A stretch of DNA of 32,000 nucleotides. Origin: Candidatus Saccharimonadota bacterium (GTDB lineage: Bacteria; Patescibacteriota; Gracilibacteria; UBA1369; 2-02-FULL-48-14). The stretch spans positions 330,001-362,000 of the forward strand of contig CP064962.1 of the NCBI GenBank assembly GCA_016699145.1, written 5' to 3'. Below are positions 16,852-24,778 of the stretch, one piece after another. The position numbers and the translations under genes were made by a program. The notes below the pieces were generated by a model that saw nothing but the letters and a program-made list of their open reading frames with translations, did not search any database and was not told the DNA's origin. Position 1 is the stretch's first letter; each line of letters begins with the position of its first letter.

Positions 16852-19026
16852 ATGAACCGTCTCCCCTCGATTCAAAAACTCGGCTTTTTCGACCCTTGGG
16901 AAATTCAACGAGCTTGGCAACTACAGTTACGATACAATGAAAGAGCGATGGCAGAAGAAGGAATGACAGAAGGAGATAGACTAGATATACAAAGACAATA
17001 CGATAATAACAAAGCAGAGGGAAAAAGAACTTTTGAATTGGCAGATCACACTTTAGACAGAGAAGGCAAAGAAAAAAAAGAATTCCTTACAACCGCCCTA
17101 AAAAGATTCCAAGATAAGACTGGTATCAACGAAGAAAAATATATCACACGAGTTGAAGAAGCCATAAGCATGAGTGAATTGAAAGAATTGGAAATGAAAT
17201 TTAAAAAAACAGGGATCCAGTATTACAAAGAACAGATTAATAAATCAGGTTTATTCATTCCTATAGACCACCGCGAAACCGCCTTCGTGAACGATGAGAA
17301 AAAAATATATTTTGACTGGATAGAGAAGCAACCATTAGATACGGAAGATTCTGACGAGCCCAGCATCATCGAAGCGCTTTCCAACCTTCAAGGACACTTA
17401 GACGAAAGACGTGAGGGCAGGGATCGATTGAAAAGACAAAGCAGTTATGTCAAAGACGAATTCTTCCGACAACTGGGAGCCATGGGTACGAGCGGTTCAA
17501 AAGACAAACTGTTAGAAAAAATACTGAAAAGTGTAGGGAATTTGGAAAAAGAACCCTCCTCAATTCAATTTGAATTTAAAAAAGGGAGTAAAACAGCCGA
17601 GGGTAAAAAAGATACAGCTGCATTATTAAAAGAAGTAAGAGAAGAGCACGAAAAAAAAACGAAAGCTTATGAGGGCATTTTAAATGCCAATAGCATGTAC
17701 TTTGGAGGGAAAAAAGTAAAAACCCCAAAAGGTGAAATGCGCGAAGCTCAATGGGAGTTCATGAAGTGGTTCCAAGACATCAAGAAATTTTCAGAAATGG
17801 ATACGGCTTTGGAACAGTTAGAAGACACCGTAATTCCAGAAAGAAAAGCCGTTTACCAAGAAAGAAATGAACTGGTCAACGCCTTACCAGAGCCAAGAAA
17901 AACTGCCATTTTGAACAAAACAAACGAAATGCGCCTTCACACTCTTAAGGCTTACCTCAAAGAGGCAGGAGGAACGAACTTAGAAGAAAGTGCCATCGCA
18001 TTGGAATACATCGCAGAGTTAGAGACTGCTGAATATGACGGCTATCCCCTCTTCACCAACGATGAAAAACGTGAGCTTAGAAAGGCAGTTCAGAAAAGCA
18101 AGCCTGAGCTACAAGAAGCAGAACTCAAAGTGTTACTAGGACGACTCATCCCTACAAGAGAAGCAGAGGTAAGAGATTACTTAAACTTAAGTGTACATCT
18201 AAAAGATGATCAAAAGTTCTTCACTGCGAACGTCTATGAAAAAAGGAAGTTCATGCGAGAGGCAATCGCTAAACAAAATCGAGAACTCCAACATCCTTTC
18301 GATATTGACAACCTAAAAGACATGAGTCAGGAAGAAAAAATGAGTACTTTACTGACAAAATTACAAAGCAGAGAAGGACAAAGAGATCTAAAGTCTGCAA
18401 GAAAAGAGTTGAGCCAAGAAGGAAAAACCCAACGAACCGATACTCAACTAAAAGTCATGGATGTAATGAGTAACCAATGGAAAAACATGCGGACCAAAGG
18501 TCTAACTCAACCTGAAAACTACATGACAGAGATTTACAAAGGTGCCAAGGTGAACAATTCACAACTTTGGCGAGGTGCGTGGCAAACCGGAGTTGCCAGA
18601 GACGAACACCAACAATATATGGCAGACACCGCTCGAACTGACTTCAAAGCTTACTTATCTTTACGAGGGAGAACATGGGGAGGAAATGCCGTTAAAATTG
18701 GTAAAGTAACAAAGGAAGAGCTAAGCAGTGGAAGGGGAACTATAATGGAAAAACTGAAAGAAGCAAAATGGGCAGAAAATATGCTTTTCTTAAACGGCCA
18801 AGGGGAAGATGAACTTCACCCAGATGACATGCTTGCAGATTTTCTAGCAGAATCATTGGGTGAAGAAGCAGACCAAATCATCTTAAAAGTATTCGGCATC
18901 GATCCAAGCCAGCTGCCCGTAGATTTCAAACAAAGGCTGATTCAAGTGGCAATCATAGGAGAAAATGGAGGGATTTTCAAAAGAGCCCACAACGGAGCCC
19001 AAATCATTCGTGATGCAGTAAATTAA
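16852..19026 (+). CDS. hypothetical large charged (K/E-rich) protein, 724 aa
   Basis: An uninterrupted 2.2-kb ORF with an ATG start, 24 nt after the LTD gene and 7 nt before the ferredoxin-like gene. No TM or signal peptide. Predicted to be largely helical from its composition. No family recognised. Confidence 0.65.
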   Translation: MNRLPSIQKLGFFDPWEIQRAWQLQLRYNERAMAEEGMTEGDRLDIQRQYDNNKAEGKRTFELADHTLDREGKEKKEFLTTALKRFQDKTGINEEKYITRVEEAISMSELKELEMKFKKTGIQYYKEQINKSGLFIPIDHRETAFVNDEKKIYFDWIEKQPLDTEDSDEPSIIEALSNLQGHLDERREGRDRLKRQSSYVKDEFFRQLGAMGTSGSKDKLLEKILKSVGNLEKEPSSIQFEFKKGSKTAEGKKDTAALLKEVREEHEKKTKAYEGILNANSMYFGGKKVKTPKGEMREAQWEFMKWFQDIKKFSEMDTALEQLEDTVIPERKAVYQERNELVNALPEPRKTAILNKTNEMRLHTLKAYLKEAGGTNLEESAIALEYIAELETAEYDGYPLFTNDEKRELRKAVQKSKPELQEAELKVLLGRLIPTREAEVRDYLNLSVHLKDDQKFFTANVYEKRKFMREAIAKQNRELQHPFDIDNLKDMSQEEKMSTLLTKLQSREGQRDLKSARKELSQEGKTQRTDTQLKVMDVMSNQWKNMRTKGLTQPENYMTEIYKGAKVNNSQLWRGAWQTGVARDEHQQYMADTARTDFKAYLSLRGRTWGGNAVKIGKVTKEELSSGRGTIMEKLKEAKWAENMLFLNGQGEDELHPDDMLADFLAESLGEEADQIILKVFGIDPSQLPVDFKQRLIQVAIIGENGGIFKRAHNGAQIIRDAVN

Positions 19027-19033
19027 TTCGCTA

Positions 19034-19375
19034 ATGAAAGTCATTAAAATCTGCCAAGCAGGGTCATGCCAAAGAAACTTCGCTACGAACACCTTAAAGA
19101 AAGCGGAGGAAACACTTGGCATCAAAGCCGGCGAAAACACACCCGACGGTAAGCTGCGACTCGAAACCTGTGGCTGCCTTTCCAACTGCGACTTTGGCCC
19201 CAACGTGTACATCGGCACTTACGAAGAAAGTCCCTTGTCCCTCTTCTTAAAGGACGGTAAAGTTGAGAACCATATGACGCCCAGCCGCATCGAAAAACGC
19301 CTCCACGAACTCAAAGATGAAACCTCAGGCCAAAGCCCTCCAAGTGTCAATCCATTCAAACTCCCCAATCTCTAA
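19034..19375 (+). CDS. thioredoxin-like [2Fe-2S] ferredoxin domain protein (NuoE-like fold)
   Basis: The Cys pattern C-x4-C ... C-x3-C sits in the expected context: KICQAGSCQRNFA ... LRLETCGCLSNCDFGPNVYIG (compare the CxxxxC...ClGxCxxAP motif of NuoE-type ferredoxins). Length 113 aa. Confidence 0.72.
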   Translation: MKVIKICQAGSCQRNFATNTLKKAEETLGIKAGENTPDGKLRLETCGCLSNCDFGPNVYIGTYEESPLSLFLKDGKVENHMTPSRIEKRLHELKDETSGQSPPSVNPFKLPNL

Positions 19376-19384
19376 TCTCTCTCC

Positions 19385-20314
19385 ATGCTCCACGACATGA
19401 TCATCATCGGCGGTGGGTGTGCAGGCCTTTCCGCCTCCATCTACGCTCGCCGTTACAACATGGACGTCGTCGTCCTCACCGAAGGACTCGGCGGCACCAT
19501 CACCACCACTCACCTGGTTGAAAATTACCCAGGCTTCACGTCTGTTTCTGGACAAGAACTCGCGGACGCCTTCATCAACCATGCCAAAGCCAACGATGTA
19601 CCCTTCCGCTTGGGAAGCCGCGTGACTCGCGTATGGCAAGAAAGCAGCTCTGGCAAAGACCCCATCTTCAAAGTGCAATTTGGTGTGGATGTGCACGAAG
19701 CTCGCACAGTGCTGCTGGCCACCGGAACCACTTATCGCAAACTCGACGTGCCCGGGGAAGCCGAACTCGCCTCCAAAGGAGTGTCCTATTGCGCCACTTG
19801 CGATGCACCTTTCTACAAAGGAAAAAACGTGATCATTGTAGGCGGAGGCGACAGCTCCGTGAAAGAGTCCCTGATTTTGGCAGAACACGCCAAACAAGTG
19901 ACCATCGTTTACCGCGGCGAAAAGATCACCAAGGCCGAACCCATCAACATGAAACGGGTGGAAGCGACCCCCAACATTGCGATCCGCCTCAAGGCCAACA
20001 TTGTGGAAATTCTCGGAGACAAGCGCGTTCAAAAAGTAAAATTCGACGATGGCAGCGAAATGGATGTGGACGGCGTATTTATCGAAATCGGACGCATCCC
20101 CCTCACCGACATGGTGAACGATCTGGGCGTTGAAAAGAATGAAAAAGGAGAAATTAAAATCAACCTGATGAGCGAAACTTCCATACCCGGCTTCTATGCC
20201 GCCGGCGACGTGGCCGACACCGAATGGAAACAAGCCATTGTCAGTGCGGATGAAGGCTGCAAGGCCGCCTTCCGTGCTTTTGAATTCGTTTCCGCTCAAA
20301 AGGCTAAACAATAA
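19385..20314 (+). CDS. trxB: thioredoxin-disulfide reductase family flavoprotein (low-Mr TrxR)
   Basis: FAD GxGxxG motif (MIIIGGGCAGLSASIYA), redox-active CATCD, a second dinucleotide motif (IIVGGGDSSVKES), and FYAAGDV. The HRRxxxR NADPH motif is replaced by YRGEKITK (see findings). Confidence 0.9.
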   Translation: MLHDMIIIGGGCAGLSASIYARRYNMDVVVLTEGLGGTITTTHLVENYPGFTSVSGQELADAFINHAKANDVPFRLGSRVTRVWQESSSGKDPIFKVQFGVDVHEARTVLLATGTTYRKLDVPGEAELASKGVSYCATCDAPFYKGKNVIIVGGGDSSVKESLILAEHAKQVTIVYRGEKITKAEPINMKRVEATPNIAIRLKANIVEILGDKRVQKVKFDDGSEMDVDGVFIEIGRIPLTDMVNDLGVEKNEKGEIKINLMSETSIPGFYAAGDVADTEWKQAIVSADEGCKAAFRAFEFVSAQKAKQ

Positions 20315-20341
20315 ATGCGCTTCGCGCTTAACCCCTAACCC

Positions 20342-20932
20342 ATGCTCCCTATGTGCTCCTCCAACGGTTCCTGCAACTGCGGAAAATCCGCCTGCTCTTG
20401 TAAAGAAAAAGCTTGCCTTCAAGTGGGCAAAGCCGCTCCCGATTTCACTGCTGAAGCCCTTTTCAAAGACGGCGTAAAAACCGTGTCCCTCAAAGATTAT
20501 CGCGGAAAATGGCTGGTGCTCTTCTTCTACCCGCTCGATTTCACCTTCGTCTGTCCCACCGAAATCACGGCTTTCAACGACGCCTACGACGACTTTGCCG
20601 CCATGAACACCGAAGTGCTCTCCGCATCCGTGGACAGCGTGCACGCTCACATGGCCTGGCAAAAAGACCTCGGCATAATGAAATTTGGAATGCTTTCCGA
20701 CCTCAGTCACCAAATCAGCCGCGACTACGGCGTGCTCATTGAAGACAAGGGCATTGCTCTACGTGGGGCCTTCGTGATCGACCCTGAAGGAGTACTCAAA
20801 ATGGCCGTGGTGCATGATCTTGCCATCGGACGCAACGTAGATGAAATCGTTCGCGTGGTCAAAGCCTGCCAAAGCGGTGAACTTTGCCCCATCAATTGGA
20901 AACCGGGTGAAAAAACGCTGGGAAAGGCGTAG
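20342..20932 (+). CDS. typical 2-Cys peroxiredoxin (AhpC/Prx1 type) with a possible Cys-rich N-terminal leader
   Basis: The peroxidatic site is FFYPLDFTFVCPTEI and the resolving Cys lies in GELCPINWKPGEKT. The start is uncertain: ATG at 20342 or 20351 gives the leader MLPMCSSNGSCNCGKSACSCKEKAC, while the in-frame GTG at 20423 gives a canonical (M)GKAAPDFTAEA N-terminus. Confidence 0.9.
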   Translation: MLPMCSSNGSCNCGKSACSCKEKACLQVGKAAPDFTAEALFKDGVKTVSLKDYRGKWLVLFFYPLDFTFVCPTEITAFNDAYDDFAAMNTEVLSASVDSVHAHMAWQKDLGIMKFGMLSDLSHQISRDYGVLIEDKGIALRGAFVIDPEGVLKMAVVHDLAIGRNVDEIVRVVKACQSGELCPINWKPGEKTLGKA

Positions 20933-20970
20933 ACTAAAAACTCCAAAAGATATTTCTTACCCCCCTCCTT

Positions 20971-21465
20971 ATGAAAAAACTTTTATTGGCCCTCAGTTTG
21001 ACTTTAATCCTCACGGCTTGCTCCGAAACAGCTCCCGTAGAAACCGACCCCACCGATGAAACACCGACCAAAGCGGTGGACATTGAAATCGACAGCAGCG
21101 ATTGGGTAGCCCTTCAAGGACAAGGCTTTTATGTGCTCGCTCCCGCTGGATGGACTCTGACCTCTGAACAAGGCGTCGAAAGTTACGCGGGCACCATTTC
21201 TGGTGATGGAATGAGCCTGAGCTTTGATTACGGCGCCTTCGTAGACGATGAATTCAAAGACCAAAATGCCGATTACGCCAGCAGCAAAGAAAACATTGAT
21301 GGAAAAGACTCCATCATTTATTTGCCACGCAACACCATTGAAGGAAAGCTGGGTATTTTCATGAACGTTTCCGAGAACGAAAAGCTCTCCATGACCGGAG
21401 AAGCCCTTGATCTCAATGAACGTCTCACCTTGCTCAAAGTTTTACGCAGCGTGGAACTGGATTGA
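20971..21465 (+). CDS. hypothetical lipoprotein (164 aa)
   Basis: Lipobox MKKLLLALSLTLILTAC followed by an acidic linker. No family recognised. Confidence 0.6.
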   Translation: MKKLLLALSLTLILTACSETAPVETDPTDETPTKAVDIEIDSSDWVALQGQGFYVLAPAGWTLTSEQGVESYAGTISGDGMSLSFDYGAFVDDEFKDQNADYASSKENIDGKDSIIYLPRNTIEGKLGIFMNVSENEKLSMTGEALDLNERLTLLKVLRSVELD

Positions 21466-21468
21466 AAA

Positions 21469-21957
21469 TCACTCAAAAGGTAAAAACTCTTCCAGCTTAT
21501 AATAGTGATCCATCACTTTAAAGCTGCCCGGAGCCTCATAATAAAGATGAACAGTGAAGCCCGCACCCGCTGCACTCAAAGAATAAACGTAAAAGATGGG
21601 CCGACTACTTTCAGCATAATTTTGAGGATCGTAAAATTCTTCTACTTCTCTACCTAGTCCTTCTTCCAGAGCAGTGAAGAAGAGATCATCTTCATAATAA
21701 TCGACGGGATGGCCACCATCATCGACCCAATCCGGCATGCCTCCTTCTATTACGATGATGTAGACATCTTGGTCAACGTACAACTCCATAAGAGGATAGG
21801 TGCCTGTTTTTTCTTTGTATTCCTGCAGCAGATTCATGTAATAATCATAGTGCGATAAACGCGCTGCGTCGGCTCCTTCTTGATAGGAGTCTTCAATGTA
21901 CCCACATCCCGAAAAAATAAGAAAAGCAGCCGCGAGAGTAAAAATTATTTTTTTCAC
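21469..21957 (-). CDS. hypothetical lipoprotein (162 aa)
   Basis: Lipobox MKKIIFTLAAAFLIFSGC. Acidic and Tyr-rich. Its stop lies 3 nt from the stop of the convergent lipoprotein gene. Confidence 0.6.
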   Translation of the reverse strand: MKKIIFTLAAAFLIFSGCGYIEDSYQEGADAARLSHYDYYMNLLQEYKEKTGTYPLMELYVDQDVYIIVIEGGMPDWVDDGGHPVDYYEDDLFFTALEEGLGREVEEFYDPQNYAESSRPIFYVYSLSAAGAGFTVHLYYEAPGSFKVMDHYYKLEEFLPFE

Positions 21958-22006
21958 GTGTGGAGAGATTAAAGTCAGTCAAGATATATCAAATTTCAGA
22001 ACCCAC

Positions 22007-22045
22007 CACAAGCGACCTTTTGCGCAAGTCAAAAGGTCGCTTGTG
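22007..22045. repeat. perfect 15-bp inverted repeat with a 9-nt spacer in a divergent promoter region
   Basis: cacaagcgacctttt (22007-22021), then gcgcaagtc, then aaaaggtcgcttgtg (22031-22045). It lies between the start of the minus-strand lipoprotein gene (21957) and the likely nrnA start (22076). No flanking T-run on either strand. Confidence 0.6.
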
Positions 22046-22075
22046 CCCTTCGCAAATACTCTAAGAAAAACTAGA

Positions 22076-23062
22076 ATGAACGACCTAGCCCTATGCATGA
22101 GTTCAGACGCACTCAACAACTTTGCCCAAGCTAAAACTTTGCTCGATCAGGCAAAGCGCGTTGTCATTATTGCACATAAAAATCCAGACGCGGATGCCGT
22201 GGGCTCCAACCTAGCCATGCGCGAAGCACTGGAAAACAATGGCAAGCAAGTGCTTTCAGCCTGTGTCGATCCCATCCCAGAAAATTGCCGTTTTTTACAC
22301 AAGGCAGAAACTTTTGTCCAAGACTTCAATCCCGCCGATTTCGACCTCATCATCACTCAAGATTGTGGCGGACATAAAGTCATGGCTTTTCATGAAACAA
22401 AACCGGAACTGCTCGACCGAAGTAAAACGCTGCTCCTCAACATCGATCATCACGCCTCCAACGACCATTTTGGAACCGTGAACGTGGTCATGCCCGAAGC
22501 CCCAGCCACCTGCTTCATCCTCTTTTTGATGTTCTCGACCTACGGCTGGACCCTCACCCCCACCATGGCCACCGCTCTTTTGCACGGACTGTACTACGAC
22601 ACCGGCTCCTTCATGCATTCCAACACCAACGCCACCGCACTGCGCATCGCGGCTCGGCTTCAAGCCATTGGCGCCGACCACTCCCGCAGCATCAAAGAGC
22701 AATTTCACACTCATTCCCTAGCTCAACTCAAGCTGTGGGGCCGCGCACTCGAACGAGCCAGCCTCAATTCCAAACAAGCCGTGGTCACCGGACTCAGCAG
22801 CAAAGATTTTCAAGAACTCGGTGCCAACAAAGACGATGTTTCAGGACTCATCAACTACCTCAACCACGCCTCACCCGCCAAATTTTGCGTGCTGCTCACC
22901 GAAGAAGGCAATGGCATCATCAAAGGCTCCATGCGCACTCAAGACCCCGACATCGATCTCTCTGCCCTGTCCCAACTTTTTGGCGGAGGGGGCCACACCA
23001 AAGCCGCCGGCTTCAGTATTCCAGGCCGCTTGGTAGAAAAACGAAGCTGGGGTATAAGTTGA
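22076..23062 (+). CDS. nrnA: DHH/DHHA1 phosphoesterase, NrnA-like (oligoribonuclease / pAp phosphatase)
   Basis: Contains VVIIAHKNPDADAVGS, DCGG, the DHH motif NIDHHASN, and the DHHA1 motif GGGGHTKAAGF. The track ORF starts at 21896, but its first 60 codons overlap the divergent gene and the hairpin. The ATG at 22076 (MNDLAL..) fits the family length. Confidence 0.85.
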   Translation: MNDLALCMSSDALNNFAQAKTLLDQAKRVVIIAHKNPDADAVGSNLAMREALENNGKQVLSACVDPIPENCRFLHKAETFVQDFNPADFDLIITQDCGGHKVMAFHETKPELLDRSKTLLLNIDHHASNDHFGTVNVVMPEAPATCFILFLMFSTYGWTLTPTMATALLHGLYYDTGSFMHSNTNATALRIAARLQAIGADHSRSIKEQFHTHSLAQLKLWGRALERASLNSKQAVVTGLSSKDFQELGANKDDVSGLINYLNHASPAKFCVLLTEEGNGIIKGSMRTQDPDIDLSALSQLFGGGGHTKAAGFSIPGRLVEKRSWGIS

Positions 23063-23065
23063 GCC

Positions 23066-23616
23066 ATGGCTTCCATTTTCATCTTTCACGGCATAGACGG
23101 CTCACCCGAAGAAAATTGGTTCCCTTGGATGAAATCGGAACTGGAAAAAAGAGGGCATTCAGTGATCGTACCCCAATTTCCTCATGGCAAAGGGCACAAC
23201 CTAGCCACTTGGTTGGAACATTTTTCCAAGTACGAAAAAGACCTTACCGACGATAGCATTTTAATAGGCCACAGCATGGCAGGCGCCTTCATGCTCACTC
23301 TTTTAGAAACCCACCCCGTTCGTGCTTGTTTCTTAGTTGCAGGATTCATTGGCCCCTTGGGGTTAAAAGTGTTTGATGAAAGAAATGCCAGTTTCACTGA
23401 AAAAGTTTTGCCTGGCAGAAAATCCGCAACAACTGTGCTCATTTTGAAATTTGCCAAAGCGACAACGACCCCTACGTCTCTATAGAAAAAGCAGAGGAAC
23501 TGAGCCATCACTTAAACACGCCAGTGACCCTTGTGCCCAATGCAGGACATTTCAATCAAAGTGCCGCTTACACAAGGTTTGATTTACTGTTGGAAAGCAT
23601 AGAACGGCTGACCTAA
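23066..23616 (+). pseudogene. YdeN/RBBP9-type alpha/beta serine hydrolase, interrupted by a 1-nt frameshift
   Basis: Frame 1 (23066-23485) gives IFIFHGIDGSPEENWFPWM...LIGHSMAGAF (GxSxG) and then nonsense (..ATTTPTSL*). The frame starting at 23407 gives FAWQKIRNNCAHFEICQSDNDPYVSIEKAEELSHHLNTPVTLVPNAGHFNQ...ERLT*, ending at 23616. This is the expected C-terminal Asp/His part of the family. The shift lies in gaaaaagttttg (A5 at 23400-23404 or T4 at 23406-23409). The total of 551 nt equals 3n+2. Confidence 0.8.
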
Positions 23617-23634
23617 TCTGCCGGTGCAGACTTT

Positions 23635-24219
23635 TTAAAGCGCAGCAAATCGTTCATTCATCACCTCCCAGTTGAGGTTTTTAACAAAGGCATTCAAATA
23701 GTCAGGCTTCTTGATGCCGTAGTCGATCATGAACGCATGTTCCCAACAGTCGAGCGCCATGAGGGGCACTTGATGCACTGGATAGTTCATGTGGTGTTCA
23801 AACATAATATAGTGGTGCAATTTTTTATCCACCTTGCTGAAGGTCAAAAGCACCCAACCTGGAGTGGAAGCCGCCGCCGCACGCATGTCCTTTTCCCAGT
23901 TTTCCATGCTGCCGAAGGAAGCTTCGAGCGCCGCCTTGAGAACCGCAGACCCTTCGGTGGGAGTGCCCTTCATGTTTTCAAAATACATCTCGTGCAAATA
24001 GGTTCCGTTGAAAGCCGTGGCTTCGCGACGTTTGAGTTCGCTGTATTCACCAAAAGAATAGTTGGCGAGTGATTTATCCACCGTCATGAGTTTTTCCTCA
24101 ATCTCATTGATCTTCTTCACATAGCCTTCATAAAGCGTGAAGTGAGCCGTGAGTTGAGCGTCTGAAAGTCCTTGAAGAGACCCAAGCAACCTAGAAAAGT
24201 CTTTTGCAGTATGTGCCAT
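23635..24219 (-). CDS. Fe/Mn-family superoxide dismutase (divergent N-terminal subtype)
   Basis: The C-terminal metal-ligand motif is LMALDCWEHAFMIDYG (DxWEHAYY-like). The mid ligand context is FNGTYLHEMYF, and the N-terminal helix reads QLTAHFTLYEGYVKKIN. Length 194 aa. Confidence 0.82.
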   Translation of the reverse strand: MAHTAKDFSRLLGSLQGLSDAQLTAHFTLYEGYVKKINEIEEKLMTVDKSLANYSFGEYSELKRREATAFNGTYLHEMYFENMKGTPTEGSAVLKAALEASFGSMENWEKDMRAAAASTPGWVLLTFSKVDKKLHHYIMFEHHMNYPVHQVPLMALDCWEHAFMIDYGIKKPDYLNAFVKNLNWEVMNERFAAL

Positions 24220-24262
24220 AATTGAGTAGAGTTAGGGATGAGCCCATTCTAACAAAAGCAGC

Positions 24263-24733
24263 ATGGCAAAGACACTCGATTTAGGCGACAAAGTTCCCGA
24301 CTTCAAACTCCCCTCCTCAGAAGGCAAAGAAATGAGCCTGCACGATTTTGCAGGCAAAAAAATAGTGCTTTATTTTTACCCCAAAGACGACACCCCCGGC
24401 TGCACTGTGGAAGCCTGTGACTTCCGAGACACTCAAGCCGATTTCAGTAAACTGAATGCCGTGATTGTGGGCGTGAGCAAAGACTCACTGAATTCGCATG
24501 AAAAATTCATCGGCAAATACAAACTGCCCTTTGTTTTACTCAGTGACGAAGATTTAAAGTTGATGGAAGCCTTCGGCGTGTGGAAAGAAAAAACCATGTA
24601 TGGGAAAACCGCACTCGGCGTGATGCGTTCCACCTTTCTCATCGATGAAAATGGCGTGCTGGTGAAAGCGTGGCGCAACGTGAAAGCCGCCGGCCACGTT
24701 CAAAAAGTCTTGCAAGAATTGCCAAAAGTGTAA
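24263..24733 (+). CDS. bcp: thiol peroxidase Bcp (PrxQ-type peroxiredoxin)
   Basis: KIVLYFYPKDDTPGCTVEACDFRD (peroxidatic and resolving Cys five residues apart) and GVSKDSLNSHEKF. Length 156 aa. Confidence 0.92.
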   Translation: MAKTLDLGDKVPDFKLPSSEGKEMSLHDFAGKKIVLYFYPKDDTPGCTVEACDFRDTQADFSKLNAVIVGVSKDSLNSHEKFIGKYKLPFVLLSDEDLKLMEAFGVWKEKTMYGKTALGVMRSTFLIDENGVLVKAWRNVKAAGHVQKVLQELPKV

Positions 24734-24778
24734 CAAAAGCATGGGAAGCATCGTTTTAAGAAACGTAATCCAATCTCC

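Noticed and set aside
19325-20713. 462-aa ORF on the minus strand spanning trxB and the peroxiredoxin
   Set aside because: It is antisense to two strongly recognisable genes (CATCD TrxR, FVCPTE Prx). Its translation is low-complexity (G/H/V/F/A-rich) with no motif. It is a codon-bias shadow ORF.
21896-22075. Long N-terminal extension of nrnA as given in the ORF track
   Set aside because: The first 60 codons overlap the divergent lipoprotein gene and the 15-bp hairpin, and they have no DHH-family similarity. The family alignment begins near the ATG at 22076.
23617-23636. Small hairpin tctgc-cggt-gcaga followed by T5 between the hydrolase and sod as a bidirectional terminator
   Set aside because: The stem is only 5 bp and the T-run overlaps the sod stop codon. 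It is too weak to annotate.
24220-24262. Imperfect palindrome atgagcccat in the 43-nt sod/bcp spacer as a shared operator
   Set aside because: Only 8 of 10 positions are symmetric, which is too weak to call without comparative data. It is mentioned only under the oxidative-stress finding.
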